Positions 46,970-56,377 of a stretch of 64,000 nucleotides of DNA are shown here, piece after piece (the stretch's first letter is position 1; every line of letters starts with the position of its first letter). A program made the translations under genes and the position numbers. The notes beneath the pieces are model-generated. The model searched no databases. It was not told the origin of the DNA and saw only the letters and a program-made list of their open reading frames with translations. This stretch comes from an uncultured Streptococcus sp. Its GTDB lineage: Bacteria; Bacillota; Bacilli; Lactobacillales; Streptococcaceae. The DNA lies in NCBI GenBank assembly GCA_963548045.1, contig CAUUTJ010000002.1, positions 1,578 to 65,577 of the forward strand, read 5' to 3'.

Positions 46970-48613
46970 ATGGGATTAAATTTCGATAAACATAGAGAGC
47001 ATTTGGAGAAGGATATCCGAGAAGCCCTTCAACATGTTTTTGGTGAGAATTTTGAAATTATAGACATACAGAATATTGTGTTCAATGCTTATTGTCCGAC
47101 CTTTAATTTTGATATTGAACTTAAAGATTACAAGAATAAAATAGATATTTTAATTGATGGTAGAGATTTAAAACTATACTGGGGTGAAGAAAGGTATGCG
47201 CTTGGATATGAGTATGACTGCGATCACCTTAACGAAGGTTTACGACGAATCAAAGCTTACCTAGATCAACCGGAATTAATTTTCAATGAACCTGTAACTC
47301 CTCAAAACATCTATCTAAAGGTGAAAGTCCTTGAAAGAATGATAGAATCGACTTTCGAAGGAATAGCAAAAATAGACTACTGGAAAAGGCCCTTCGAAAA
47401 GAATGAACCATGTAGGTTCCTTATTACTTGTCTTTTGCCTTATTATCCAGCTTTTTTTAGCTTTGAAATAGCGGGGCAGCAGTTTGTCTTCTTAGAGATA
47501 GACCCAATGGCTTCTAGCATAGAAAGCCAAGCCTTTCCACTTCAACAGCCTATTGATTTAACCGTATCCAATATGACTTCTTTCTTGGATTGGTTTAAAG
47601 ATAGTCTAGAAGGGAAGCTAAAAAAGAATTCTTCTACCGTCACGCTTTCTTGTTTAAGGCTCCCTCTTGATCCTGCTACAGTTGAAGAGAATATTTCTCA
47701 AGTACAAGAGATAATCCGATCGACGTTTACAAAGGATATTTCTTTTATGGAAGCGAACAAACTGGTTAGGTCTAATTGTTTTTATGGCGTTGATTTTTCA
47801 GTTCGATCTGAATATTATGATGCGATATTTTCAATTAGCTTGGTTGGACGACACTTTGATCTTCATGTTATGAAGCCAGATAAACCAGAAAAGAAAGACA
47901 ATTGGGTGATCGATGGCTTTCCTTATCTGTTGACGGAAGAAAAACTTAGCAAAGCGATCAGGGAAGCAGAAGCCTATTTTATTAGACAGGTAGAACCAGT
48001 TGAAAAGAAAGTAGGGTCAACTGAAAGTAATAGCGAAGTAAAACCAAGCACCCCAGCTCCAGTAGAAGTAGACAAAGCTAAGGAGAAAGAAGAGGCTCTA
48101 AAAAAAGAGTATTTAGGATTGAGAAAACTATGGAAAGTCCAATTCCTGATTTTCTTTCTTTTGATGATCGCCGTCTTCGCCCTAGAAGTGTATATGGGGG
48201 GAGCTGGTTATAAGGCCTTTAAGATGAAAATTAAATATAGTTGGATTTCTGTCCATAGTTTCTCATTTCTCTTTCTAACCTTGTATGCATTGTTGACCCT
48301 CTTCCCGACTCAAAAGAGAGTCTATGAGCTCTTACCTCAATCCCCTAGTTGGAAATCTCTTTCTACCAAGGGAGTTCGGCTACCTAAGAAGGAAACTGGC
48401 TGGACCTCTTTAGTGATCCTGATCTTGGTTCTTCTGGGGACTATTGATTTCCTCAGTCGCAAGCCGGAACCAAAGGTTGAAAATCCGTTGAACTATCAAG
48501 AAATCAATAATCTCTATGAGGAAGAAAGAAATTCTCACTACGATGATATCATCAACAAAATTCAAGACTCTAGTGGTCACTTCTTTGAAAAAGAAAGTCC
48601 TGCGTCGGAATAA
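46970..48613 (+). CDS. Hypothetical membrane protein with three tandem N-terminal domains and three C-terminal TMs
   Basis: Uninterrupted 547-aa ORF, 7 nt after previous stop; internal repeats visible; family not recognised. Confidence 0.8.
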   Translation: MGLNFDKHREHLEKDIREALQHVFGENFEIIDIQNIVFNAYCPTFNFDIELKDYKNKIDILIDGRDLKLYWGEERYALGYEYDCDHLNEGLRRIKAYLDQPELIFNEPVTPQNIYLKVKVLERMIESTFEGIAKIDYWKRPFEKNEPCRFLITCLLPYYPAFFSFEIAGQQFVFLEIDPMASSIESQAFPLQQPIDLTVSNMTSFLDWFKDSLEGKLKKNSSTVTLSCLRLPLDPATVEENISQVQEIIRSTFTKDISFMEANKLVRSNCFYGVDFSVRSEYYDAIFSISLVGRHFDLHVMKPDKPEKKDNWVIDGFPYLLTEEKLSKAIREAEAYFIRQVEPVEKKVGSTESNSEVKPSTPAPVEVDKAKEKEEALKKEYLGLRKLWKVQFLIFFLLMIAVFALEVYMGGAGYKAFKMKIKYSWISVHSFSFLFLTLYALLTLFPTQKRVYELLPQSPSWKSLSTKGVRLPKKETGWTSLVILILVLLGTIDFLSRKPEPKVENPLNYQEINNLYEEERNSHYDDIINKIQDSSGHFFEKESPASE

Positions 48614-48738
48614 TCTGAGTCCATAGAAGGGCGGGTAGCTTAGTTGAAAAGGAAACAGGGTCCTCAATGAAAAATCTCTGCAAGCTCTTTCAGAATGTGG
48701 TAAAATAGAAGCAGTAGAAATAGAAAAGGAACTTGCTT

Positions 48739-49344
48739 ATGAAATTTCTTGAGTTAAATAAAAAACGTCATGCAACCAAGCATTTTATTGATAAACCTGT
48801 CGATCCGAAGGATGTTCGTACAGCTATTGAAATCGCAACCTTGGCACCAAGTGCCCACAACAGCCAGCCTTGGAAATTCGTCGTGGTTCGTGAGAAAAAT
48901 GCTGAACTAGCAAAATTGGCTTACGGTTCAAACTTTGAGCAAGTAGCCTCTGCACCTGTAACGATTGCCTTGTTTACAGATACAGACTTAGCTAAACGTG
49001 CTCGCAAGATTGCCCGTACTGGTGGTGCTAACAATTTCTCGGAAGAGCAACTTCAGTACTTCTTGAAAAATCTTCCAGCTGAGTTTGCGCGTTACAGCGA
49101 TCAACAAGTTAGTGACTACTTGGCTCTTAATGCAGGACTAGTAGCTATGAACTTGGTCCTTGCACTGACTGACCAGGGGATTGGTTCAAACATTATCCTT
49201 GGTTTTGACAAATCAAAAGCCAATGAAGTCTTGGAAATCGAAGAACGTTTCCGTCCAGAACTTTTGATAACAGTGGGTTACACAGACGAGAGGTTAGAAC
49301 CAAGCTACCGCTTGCCAGTAGATGAAATTATCGAGAAGAGATAG
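48739..49344 (+). CDS. Nitroreductase-family protein
   Basis: KRHATKHF, APSAHNSQPWKF. Confidence 0.92.
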   Translation: MKFLELNKKRHATKHFIDKPVDPKDVRTAIEIATLAPSAHNSQPWKFVVVREKNAELAKLAYGSNFEQVASAPVTIALFTDTDLAKRARKIARTGGANNFSEEQLQYFLKNLPAEFARYSDQQVSDYLALNAGLVAMNLVLALTDQGIGSNIILGFDKSKANEVLEIEERFRPELLITVGYTDERLEPSYRLPVDEIIEKR

Positions 49345-49353
49345 GGAGAAAAA

Positions 49354-50754
49354 ATGACAGTTATTGATTTTACAGCAGAAGTAGAAAAACGCAAAGAAGA
49401 CCTCTTGGCTGACTTGTTTAGCCTTTTGGAAATCAACTCAGAACGTGATGACAGCAAGGCAGATGCGCAGCATCCATTTGGACCTGGGCCAGTAAAAGCC
49501 TTGGAGAAATTCCTTGAAATCGCAGACCGTGATGGCTACCCAACAAAAAATGTCGACAACTATGCCGGACATTTCGAGTTTGGTGAAGGAGAAGAAGTTC
49601 TCGGAATCTTTGCCCACATGGACGTAGTGCCAGCAGGTAGTGGTTGGGACACTGACCCTTATACTCCAACTATCAAAGATGGTCGTCTTTATGCGCGTGG
49701 TGCTTCTGACGATAAGGGACCTACTACAGCATGTTACTATGGTTTGAAAATCATCAAAGAATTGGGTCTTCCAACTTCTAAGAAAGTTCGTTTCATCGTC
49801 GGAACTGACGAAGAGTCAGGTTGGGCAGATATGGACTACTACTTTGAGCATGTAGGACTTGCAAAACCAGACTTTGGCTTCTCTCCAGATGCTGAATTCC
49901 CTATCATCAATGGTGAAAAAGGAAATATCACAGAATACCTCCACTTTGCTGGTGAAAATACTGGTGCAGCTCGTCTTCACAGCTTCAAAGGTGGTTTGCG
50001 TGAAAATATGGTTCCAGAATCAGCAACTGCAGTCGTTTCAGGTGACTTAGCTGACTTGCAAGGGAAACTAGACGCCTTCGTTGCAGAGCACAAACTCAGA
50101 GGAGAAATCCAAGAAGAAAACGGTCAGTACAAGGTTACTGTAATTGGTAAATCAGCTCATGGTGCTATGCCTGCTTCAGGTGTCAATGGTGCGACTTACC
50201 TTGCCCTCTTCCTTAGCCAATTTGCTTTTGAAGGACCTGCAAAAGACTACCTTGACATTGCTGGTAAGATTCTCTTGAATGATCACGAAGGCAAGAATTT
50301 GAAGGTTGCTCATGTGGATGAAAAGATGGGAGCCCTTTCTATGAATGCGGGTGTCTTCCGCTTTGACGAAACAAGTGCTGACAATACAATTGCCCTCAAC
50401 TTCCGTTATCCAAAAGGAACAAGCCCAGAGCAAATCAAGTCAGTTCTTGAAAGTTTGCCAGTTGCTTCAGTTAGCCTTTCTGAGCATGGTCACACTCCTC
50501 ACTATGTGCCAATGGAAGATCCACTTGTCCAAACCTTGTTGAATGTTTACGAAAAACAAACAGGTCTTCAAGGTCACGAACAAGTCATCGGTGGAGGAAC
50601 ATTTGGACGTCTATTAGAGCGTGGTGTAGCCTACGGTGCTATGTTCCCAGATTCTATCGATACTATGCACCAGGCCAATGAATTTATCGCCTTGGACGAT
50701 CTTTTCCGTGCAGCAGCCATCTACGCTGAAGCTATTTATGAATTGATCAAATAA
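49354..50754 (+). CDS. pepV: Dipeptidase PepV (M20)
   Basis: HMDVVP, RGASDDKGP, TDEESG, MHQANE. Confidence 0.94.
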   Translation: MTVIDFTAEVEKRKEDLLADLFSLLEINSERDDSKADAQHPFGPGPVKALEKFLEIADRDGYPTKNVDNYAGHFEFGEGEEVLGIFAHMDVVPAGSGWDTDPYTPTIKDGRLYARGASDDKGPTTACYYGLKIIKELGLPTSKKVRFIVGTDEESGWADMDYYFEHVGLAKPDFGFSPDAEFPIINGEKGNITEYLHFAGENTGAARLHSFKGGLRENMVPESATAVVSGDLADLQGKLDAFVAEHKLRGEIQEENGQYKVTVIGKSAHGAMPASGVNGATYLALFLSQFAFEGPAKDYLDIAGKILLNDHEGKNLKVAHVDEKMGALSMNAGVFRFDETSADNTIALNFRYPKGTSPEQIKSVLESLPVASVSLSEHGHTPHYVPMEDPLVQTLLNVYEKQTGLQGHEQVIGGGTFGRLLERGVAYGAMFPDSIDTMHQANEFIALDDLFRAAAIYAEAIYELIK

Positions 50755-50806
50755 TGATCTAGAAGTCTGAGATTTTATGCTTGGACTTCTTTTTGGAGGG
50801 AAACAG

Positions 50807-51397
50807 ATGTCTCAAATCGAAAAAATCAAGCAAGCCATCATGGCGGATCCACAGAATGCCAGCTATACTGAGCAAGGAATCGAGCCTCTTTTTGCAGCAC
50901 CAAAGACTGCTCGTATCAATATCATTGGGCAAGCTCCTGGACTCAAAACTCAAGAAGCAGGACTTTACTGGAAGGATAAAAGTGGTGACCGCCTGCGAGA
51001 GTGGCTAGGTGTGGATGAAGGTACGTTTTATAACTCAGGTTATTTTGCAGTCATGCCTATGGATTTCTACTTTCCAGGTCATGGAAAATCGGGTGACCTA
51101 CCACCACGTCCAGGTTTTGCAGAAAAATGGCATCCAAAACTTTTGAAGGAATTGCCAGATATTCAATTAACACTCTTGATTGGTCAGTATGCTCAGGCTT
51201 ATTATCTGCATGAAAAGGTCAGTGGAAAGGTAACGGACCGTGTTCATCGGTTTAAGAATTATTTGCCTGATTATTTCCCTTTGGTGCATCCGTCACCACG
51301 CAACCAAATCTGGATGGCTAAGAATCCTTGGTTTGAGTCGGAAGTGGTGCCCGATTTGAAAAAAAGAATTAAAACAATTTTAGGAGAAAAAGGATGA
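50807..51397 (+). CDS. Uracil-DNA glycosylase superfamily protein
   Basis: IIGQAPG and HPSPRN; GGAGG RBS before MSQIEK. Confidence 0.88.
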   Translation: MSQIEKIKQAIMADPQNASYTEQGIEPLFAAPKTARINIIGQAPGLKTQEAGLYWKDKSGDRLREWLGVDEGTFYNSGYFAVMPMDFYFPGHGKSGDLPPRPGFAEKWHPKLLKELPDIQLTLLIGQYAQAYYLHEKVSGKVTDRVHRFKNYLPDYFPLVHPSPRNQIWMAKNPWFESEVVPDLKKRIKTILGEKG

Positions 51398-51675
51398 AAG
51401 AAATTTCCTTCGATGAATTTTACCAGCTTTATCAAAATGAGCAACTTTCTCTAGTGGATGTGAGAGAAGTAGAGGAATTTGAAGCTCTTCATTTAGAAGG
51501 TGCTCGTAATTTCCCTCTCAGCCAACTAGCGGATACTTATAAACAACTGGACAAAGACCAGCTTTATTACGTGATTTGTAAATCAGGAATGCGTTCAGCA
51601 CGCGCTTGTCAATTCCTTGCAGAGCAGGGCTACGAAGTTATCAATGTTCAAGGTGGCATGGATGCTTTAGAATAA
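51394..51675 (+). CDS. Rhodanese-like protein
   Basis: VDVRE, ICKSGMRS, NVQGGM. Confidence 0.9.
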   Translation: MKEISFDEFYQLYQNEQLSLVDVREVEEFEALHLEGARNFPLSQLADTYKQLDKDQLYYVICKSGMRSARACQFLAEQGYEVINVQGGMDALE

Positions 51676-51732
51676 GAGAAACTCCCTTTGAGACTGAAAT
51701 AGAAAAGGTCTCGAAGGGAATTATTTTGCTCT

Positions 51733-51747
51733 AAAATTCCGAAAATT
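51733..51747 (+). promoter_or_regulatory. CodY-like box upstream of brnQ
   Basis: AAAATTCCGAAAATT, one base different from the aliA box. Confidence 0.6.
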
Positions 51748-51837
51748 GAAAACATTTTAGAATGATTTCCTGATAGCCTTTTCATGCCTTTAAACATGTT
51801 ATACTAAGAAAGTATTTTAATTTTATAAGGAGAGTTT

Positions 51838-53163
51838 ATGGCTAAAAAAGGTGCTTTAACAGGATTACTTCTGTTTGGAATATTTTTTGGAGCAGGTAAC
51901 TTGATTTTCCCTCCAACTCTAGGCGCACAGTCTGGAGAAAACTTCCTTCCTGCCATTGCAGGATTTGTATTTTCAGGTGTTGGGATTGCCGTCCTAACCT
52001 TGATTATCGGGACCCTTAATCCTAAGGGTTATATCTATGAGATTTCTAAGAAAATTTCACCCTGGTTTGCGACGATTTATCTCGCAGCCTTGTACTTATC
52101 GATTGGTCCATTTTTTGCCATTCCGCGTACAGCAACAACATCGTTTGAAGTAGGGATTAGTCCCCTCCTAGCCGAAGCAGATAAGGGTTTAGGTTTAATT
52201 GCCTTTACCATTCTCTACTTTGTTGCAGCCTATTTAATCGCCCTTAATCCTTCAAAGATTTTGGATCGTATTGGACGAATCTTGACTCCAGTATTTGCGA
52301 TTTTGATTGTTGTTCTGGTTATCCTTGGGGCCTTTAAATATGGTGGGAACTCACCACAAGCAGCATCAGGTGCCTATCAAACTTCGGCCTTTGGTGCAGG
52401 CTTCCTTGAGGGATACAATACACTTGATGCGCTTGCTTCTGTTGCCTTTAGTGTTATCGCTGTTCAAACCTTGAAACAGCTTGGATTTTCAAGTAAGAAA
52501 GAATACATTTCAACTATTTGGGTCGTTGGAATCGTTGTGACTCTTGGATTTAGTGCTCTCTATATCGGGTTAGGATTCTTAGGCAATCATTTCCCAGTAA
52601 CTGCTGAAGCAATGCAAGGAGGAACTCCAGGAGTTTATATCTTGTCACAAGCAACACAAGAAATATTTGGTTCGATAGCGCAATTTTTCCTTGCAGTCAT
52701 GGTAACTGTGACTTGTTTCACAACGACTGTAGGCTTGATTGTATCAACAGCTGAATTCTTCAACGACCGCTTCCCACAAATCAGCTACAAGGTTTATGCG
52801 ACTGTCTTTACCTTGATTGGTTTTGCTATCGCAAACCTTGGATTGAGTGCTATTATCAAATACTCAGTTCCAGTGCTAGTTGTCTTGTATCCAATCACGA
52901 TTGCTATTGTCATGATTGTGATTGTTAACAAATTTATCGCCCTTTCTAAACCAGGTATGCAGTTGACTGTTGGACTTGTCACTGCCATTGCTATTGCCAG
53001 TGTTTTAGGATCTACATTTAAGATTGACTTTCTTGCAAATATCGTTAACGCACTACCATTCGCGGATGCCTCTCTACCATGGTTAGTGCCAGCAATTGTT
53101 GGAATCTTACTTTCTCTCGTTCTTCCAAATAAACAAGAAAGTGAAGCGTTCGAAATGGAATAA
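51838..53163 (+). CDS. brnQ: Branched-chain amino acid carrier
   Basis: FFGAGNLIFPP, AIPRTA, GYNTLDALA. Confidence 0.95.
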   Translation: MAKKGALTGLLLFGIFFGAGNLIFPPTLGAQSGENFLPAIAGFVFSGVGIAVLTLIIGTLNPKGYIYEISKKISPWFATIYLAALYLSIGPFFAIPRTATTSFEVGISPLLAEADKGLGLIAFTILYFVAAYLIALNPSKILDRIGRILTPVFAILIVVLVILGAFKYGGNSPQAASGAYQTSAFGAGFLEGYNTLDALASVAFSVIAVQTLKQLGFSSKKEYISTIWVVGIVVTLGFSALYIGLGFLGNHFPVTAEAMQGGTPGVYILSQATQEIFGSIAQFFLAVMVTVTCFTTTVGLIVSTAEFFNDRFPQISYKVYATVFTLIGFAIANLGLSAIIKYSVPVLVVLYPITIAIVMIVIVNKFIALSKPGMQLTVGLVTAIAIASVLGSTFKIDFLANIVNALPFADASLPWLVPAIVGILLSLVLPNKQESEAFEME

Positions 53164-53190
53164 AAACCTTGGCTTATGCCAAGGTTTTTT
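53162..53190. terminator. Bidirectional terminator
   Basis: AAAAACCTTGGC/GCCAAGGTTTTTT. Confidence 0.85.
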
Positions 53191-53199
53191 CAATTACTC

Positions 53200-53739
53200 T
53201 CAGTTAGTTTTTTCAGTATATCCAAGATCTTTTAACATTTTTTCAGAGGCGCTAAAGCTAACACTGTCACCAATACCAGAGTATTCATCTGGTAAGGCTT
53301 TTTTAAGTTCGTCAAGACTTGCAACTGTGAAGTCAATTTCAGTATGTTGAACGACTTTTCCGTCTTTAATCTCAATGCTATGAGTAACACCTTTGAGGCC
53401 TTCATAGCCTTTATAAGCTTCTTCAACGGATGCTTTAAGAGTTTCTGCAGTAGTGCCGATAGCCTCTGGGTCATAGACGTTATGACCTGAATGTTTCAAT
53501 ACGTTATCTCCATCTACAGTGTATGTTAAAGTAGAATTAAGATCACTATGAGTATCATTTACAAAGGTCACAGTTTTTACTTCAGATTTGTTTTCTGTAG
53601 TTTGTTGGCTAGTAGAGTCTACCTGTGTAGTTTCACCTTTTGCTGAGCTAGTTGATGAAGATGATGATTGTTTTGAACATCCCAACAAGAAAGCTAATGG
53701 TAGAACTAAGCAAAGCGTCATTTTAAAATATTTGTTCAT
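53200..53739 (-). CDS. YehR/DUF1307-like lipoprotein
   Basis: LLGC lipobox, Ser/Thr linker, YEGLKGVT, SFSASEKMLKDLGYTE. Confidence 0.75.
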   Translation of the reverse strand: MNKYFKMTLCLVLPLAFLLGCSKQSSSSSTSSAKGETTQVDSTSQQTTENKSEVKTVTFVNDTHSDLNSTLTYTVDGDNVLKHSGHNVYDPEAIGTTAETLKASVEEAYKGYEGLKGVTHSIEIKDGKVVQHTEIDFTVASLDELKKALPDEYSGIGDSVSFSASEKMLKDLGYTEKTN

Positions 53740-53871
53740 GTCTTTACCTTTCATAATTAAGAACTAACTTCATTATATCACAGCTTATTTTTGCAATCAA
53801 ATTATCTAAGTTTTTCATTTTTGCTCAACCTAAAAAGGAAAAGTGATATAATATTAGGAAGAGGTGAAGAA

Positions 53872-54909
53872 ATGAATCAAACTGTAGAATATATTAAAGA
53901 ATTGACTGGTATCGCATCGCCAACAGGTTTTACGCGTGAAATTACGAATTATTTGGTTGAGACGCTTGAAAAACTAGGTTATCAACCAATCCATACTGCC
54001 AAAGGTGGTGTCAACGTAACAATCAAAGGTAAAAATGACGAGCAACAACGCTATGTGACTGCCCATGTGGATACTTTGGGAGCTATCGTTCGTGCTATTA
54101 AACCAGACGGTCGCCTCAAAATGGACCGTATTGGAGGCTATCCTTGGAATATGATTGAAGGTGAAAACTGTACGGTCCATGTGGCTAGTACAGGAAAAAC
54201 AGTTTCAGGTACGATTTTGATCCACCAAACTTCTTGCCATGTCTATAAGGATGCGGGAACAGCTGAACGTACGCAGGACAATATGGAAGTGCGTTTGGAT
54301 GAAAAAGTGACCAACGAAAAAGAAACACGTGCACTCGGTATCGAGGTTGGAGACTTTATCAGCTTTGACCCACGAACTGTCGTGACTGAGACAGGCTTTA
54401 TCAAGTCTCGTCATTTGGATGACAAGGTGAGTGCAGCTATTCTGCTCAATCTCCTTAAAGTCTATAAAGAAGAAGGGATTGAGCTTCCAGTTACTACTCA
54501 TTTTGCCTTTTCAGTCTTTGAAGAAGTGGGGCATGGTGCTAACTCAAGTATTCCTAGTCAAGTTGTCGAATACCTGGCTGTGGATATGGGAGCGATGGGA
54601 GATGATCAGCAGACAGACGAGTACACAGTTTCTATCTGTGTTAAAGATGCTTCAGGTCCTTATCACTACGAGTTCCGCCAACACTTGGTAGCTCTAGCAA
54701 AAGAGCAAGACATTCCATTTAAACTAGATATCTATCCATTTTACGGTTCGGATGCTTCAGCAGCTATGTCAGCTGGAGCAGAAGTCAAACACGCTCTTCT
54801 TGGTGCAGGTATTGAGTCTAGTCACTCTTACGAGCGGACTCATGTTGATTCTGTAGTGGCTACTGAGCGTATGGTAGATGCTTATCTTAAGAGTGACTTG
54901 GTAAACTAA
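53872..54909 (+). CDS. M42-family metallopeptidase
   Basis: AHVDTLG, RHLDDK, FEEVG, SHSYER; GAGGTG RBS. Confidence 0.92.
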   Translation: MNQTVEYIKELTGIASPTGFTREITNYLVETLEKLGYQPIHTAKGGVNVTIKGKNDEQQRYVTAHVDTLGAIVRAIKPDGRLKMDRIGGYPWNMIEGENCTVHVASTGKTVSGTILIHQTSCHVYKDAGTAERTQDNMEVRLDEKVTNEKETRALGIEVGDFISFDPRTVVTETGFIKSRHLDDKVSAAILLNLLKVYKEEGIELPVTTHFAFSVFEEVGHGANSSIPSQVVEYLAVDMGAMGDDQQTDEYTVSICVKDASGPYHYEFRQHLVALAKEQDIPFKLDIYPFYGSDASAAMSAGAEVKHALLGAGIESSHSYERTHVDSVVATERMVDAYLKSDLVN

Positions 54910-54910
54910 A

Positions 54911-55372
54911 ATGTGCTTGATTTGTGATCGAATTGAATTGATTAAGGCAGGGGAAAATCCCTACTTTGTGAAGGAATTAGAAACAGGCTATGTTGTCATC
55001 GGAGACCACCAGTATTTTGAAGGCTACACTCTATTCCTAGCCAAGGAACATGTCACAGAATTACATCATCTACATCCAACTGTCAAACTCCGCTTTTTAG
55101 AGGAAATGAGTCTGGTTCAGGAAGCTGTCTCTAAGGCTTTTTCTGCTGAAAAGATGAATGTAGAGTTGTTGGGAAATGGAGATGCTCATGTTCACTGGCA
55201 TATTTTTCCAAGACGAGCTGGTGATATGAAGGGACACGGACTTAATGGGCGTGGTCCAGTCTGGTGGGTTCCTTGGGAAGAAATGGCAGCAGAAGATTGC
55301 CAAGTGCAACCAAAACAATTACAAAACTTAATCCAATCGTTATCTGTTGAATTGGATAAAGTTATCATATGA
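54911..55372 (+). CDS. HIT-family protein
   Basis: CxxC start, HVHWHIFPR. Confidence 0.9.
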   Translation: MCLICDRIELIKAGENPYFVKELETGYVVIGDHQYFEGYTLFLAKEHVTELHHLHPTVKLRFLEEMSLVQEAVSKAFSAEKMNVELLGNGDAHVHWHIFPRRAGDMKGHGLNGRGPVWWVPWEEMAAEDCQVQPKQLQNLIQSLSVELDKVII

Positions 55373-55383
55373 AAGGATAAACC

Positions 55384-56100
55384 ATGAAAAAAAGATATCT
55401 TGTTTTGTCAAGCTTATTAGCCTTGACATTGGCAGCTTGTTCACAAGAAAAAACAGAGACTTCTGACGCAAAAACTTCTTCAGAGCAATCGACTGTACAA
55501 GAAGGAACTGTTGGTAGCAAGTCTCATGAAGCTAGCCAAAAGAAGGCAGAAGTAGTAGACAAAGGAGATCACTACAGTATTCAAGGTAAGTATGATGAGA
55601 TTGTTGTCGCTAACAAGCATTATCCTATGTCCAAAGATTATAATCCTGGAGAAAATCCTACCGCAAAGGCAGAACTGTTAAAACTTATTGCAGCAATGCA
55701 GCAAGCAGGATTCCCGATTAGCGACCACTATAGTGGATTTAGAAGTTATGAAACTCAGGTTAAACTGTATCAGGATTATGTCAATCAAGATGGCAAGGCA
55801 GAGGCTGACCGCTATTCTGCAAGACCCGGCTATAGTGAACACCAAACTGGTCTTGCCTTTGACCTAATAGGAACAAATGGAAACTTAGTGACAGAAGAAA
55901 AGGCTGCCCAATGGCTTTTAGATCATGCTGCAGACTATGGTTTTGTCGTTCGTTACCTCAAAGGTAAGGAAAAAGAGACAGGTTATATGGCTGAGGAATG
56001 GCACCTTCGCTATGTTGGTAAAGAAGCCAAAGAAATTGCTGCAAGTGGCCTCAGTTTGGAAGAGTATTACGGCTTTGAAGGTGGAGACTATGTTGATTAG
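55384..56100 (+). CDS. ldcB: LD-carboxypeptidase lipoprotein LdcB/DacB (M15B)
   Basis: LAAC lipobox, SGFRSY, SEHQTGLAFD, EEWHLRYVG. Confidence 0.93.
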   Translation: MKKRYLVLSSLLALTLAACSQEKTETSDAKTSSEQSTVQEGTVGSKSHEASQKKAEVVDKGDHYSIQGKYDEIVVANKHYPMSKDYNPGENPTAKAELLKLIAAMQQAGFPISDHYSGFRSYETQVKLYQDYVNQDGKAEADRYSARPGYSEHQTGLAFDLIGTNGNLVTEEKAAQWLLDHAADYGFVVRYLKGKEKETGYMAEEWHLRYVGKEAKEIAASGLSLEEYYGFEGGDYVD

Positions 56101-56147
56101 TCGCAAAATACCTTGCAAGAATGCTTGAAATTTGATAAAATATTTAG

Positions 56148-56335
56148 TAATTAAATAGGAATCTGCAAGACTAGTATCTCAGGGGAAATATATCAGGGAG
56201 GAGAGCCGTGACTGAAAGCTCTCTATATGAAAACTGGGTGAATTCACTTGCGCAGGGATTCAGAAATAAAGGTCTGACTTGTCAGATGAAAACGGATGGT
56301 ACCGCGTGTCAACGCTCCGAGTGGAGTTTTTGGCA
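56148..56335 (+). promoter_or_regulatory. T-box riboswitch, Phe specifier
   Basis: GAA-TTC specifier (56243-56245), T-box AAACGGATGGTACCGCG, antiterminator closed by CGCTCCG; promoter TTGCAA-17nt-TAAAAT upstream. Confidence 0.9.
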
Positions 56336-56377
56336 TGTGGTTTTCTTTTTTTCTGATAATCGACTGATGGAGGAATT

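Noticed and set aside
48629..48670. GGGCGGGTAGCTTAGTTG resembles a tRNA 5' end
   Set aside because: No proper D-stem closure, no TTCGA T-loop and no complementary acceptor 3' strand
55384..56100. VanY-like motifs suggesting glycopeptide resistance
   Set aside because: Housekeeping LdcB/DacB lipoprotein; no van cluster nearby
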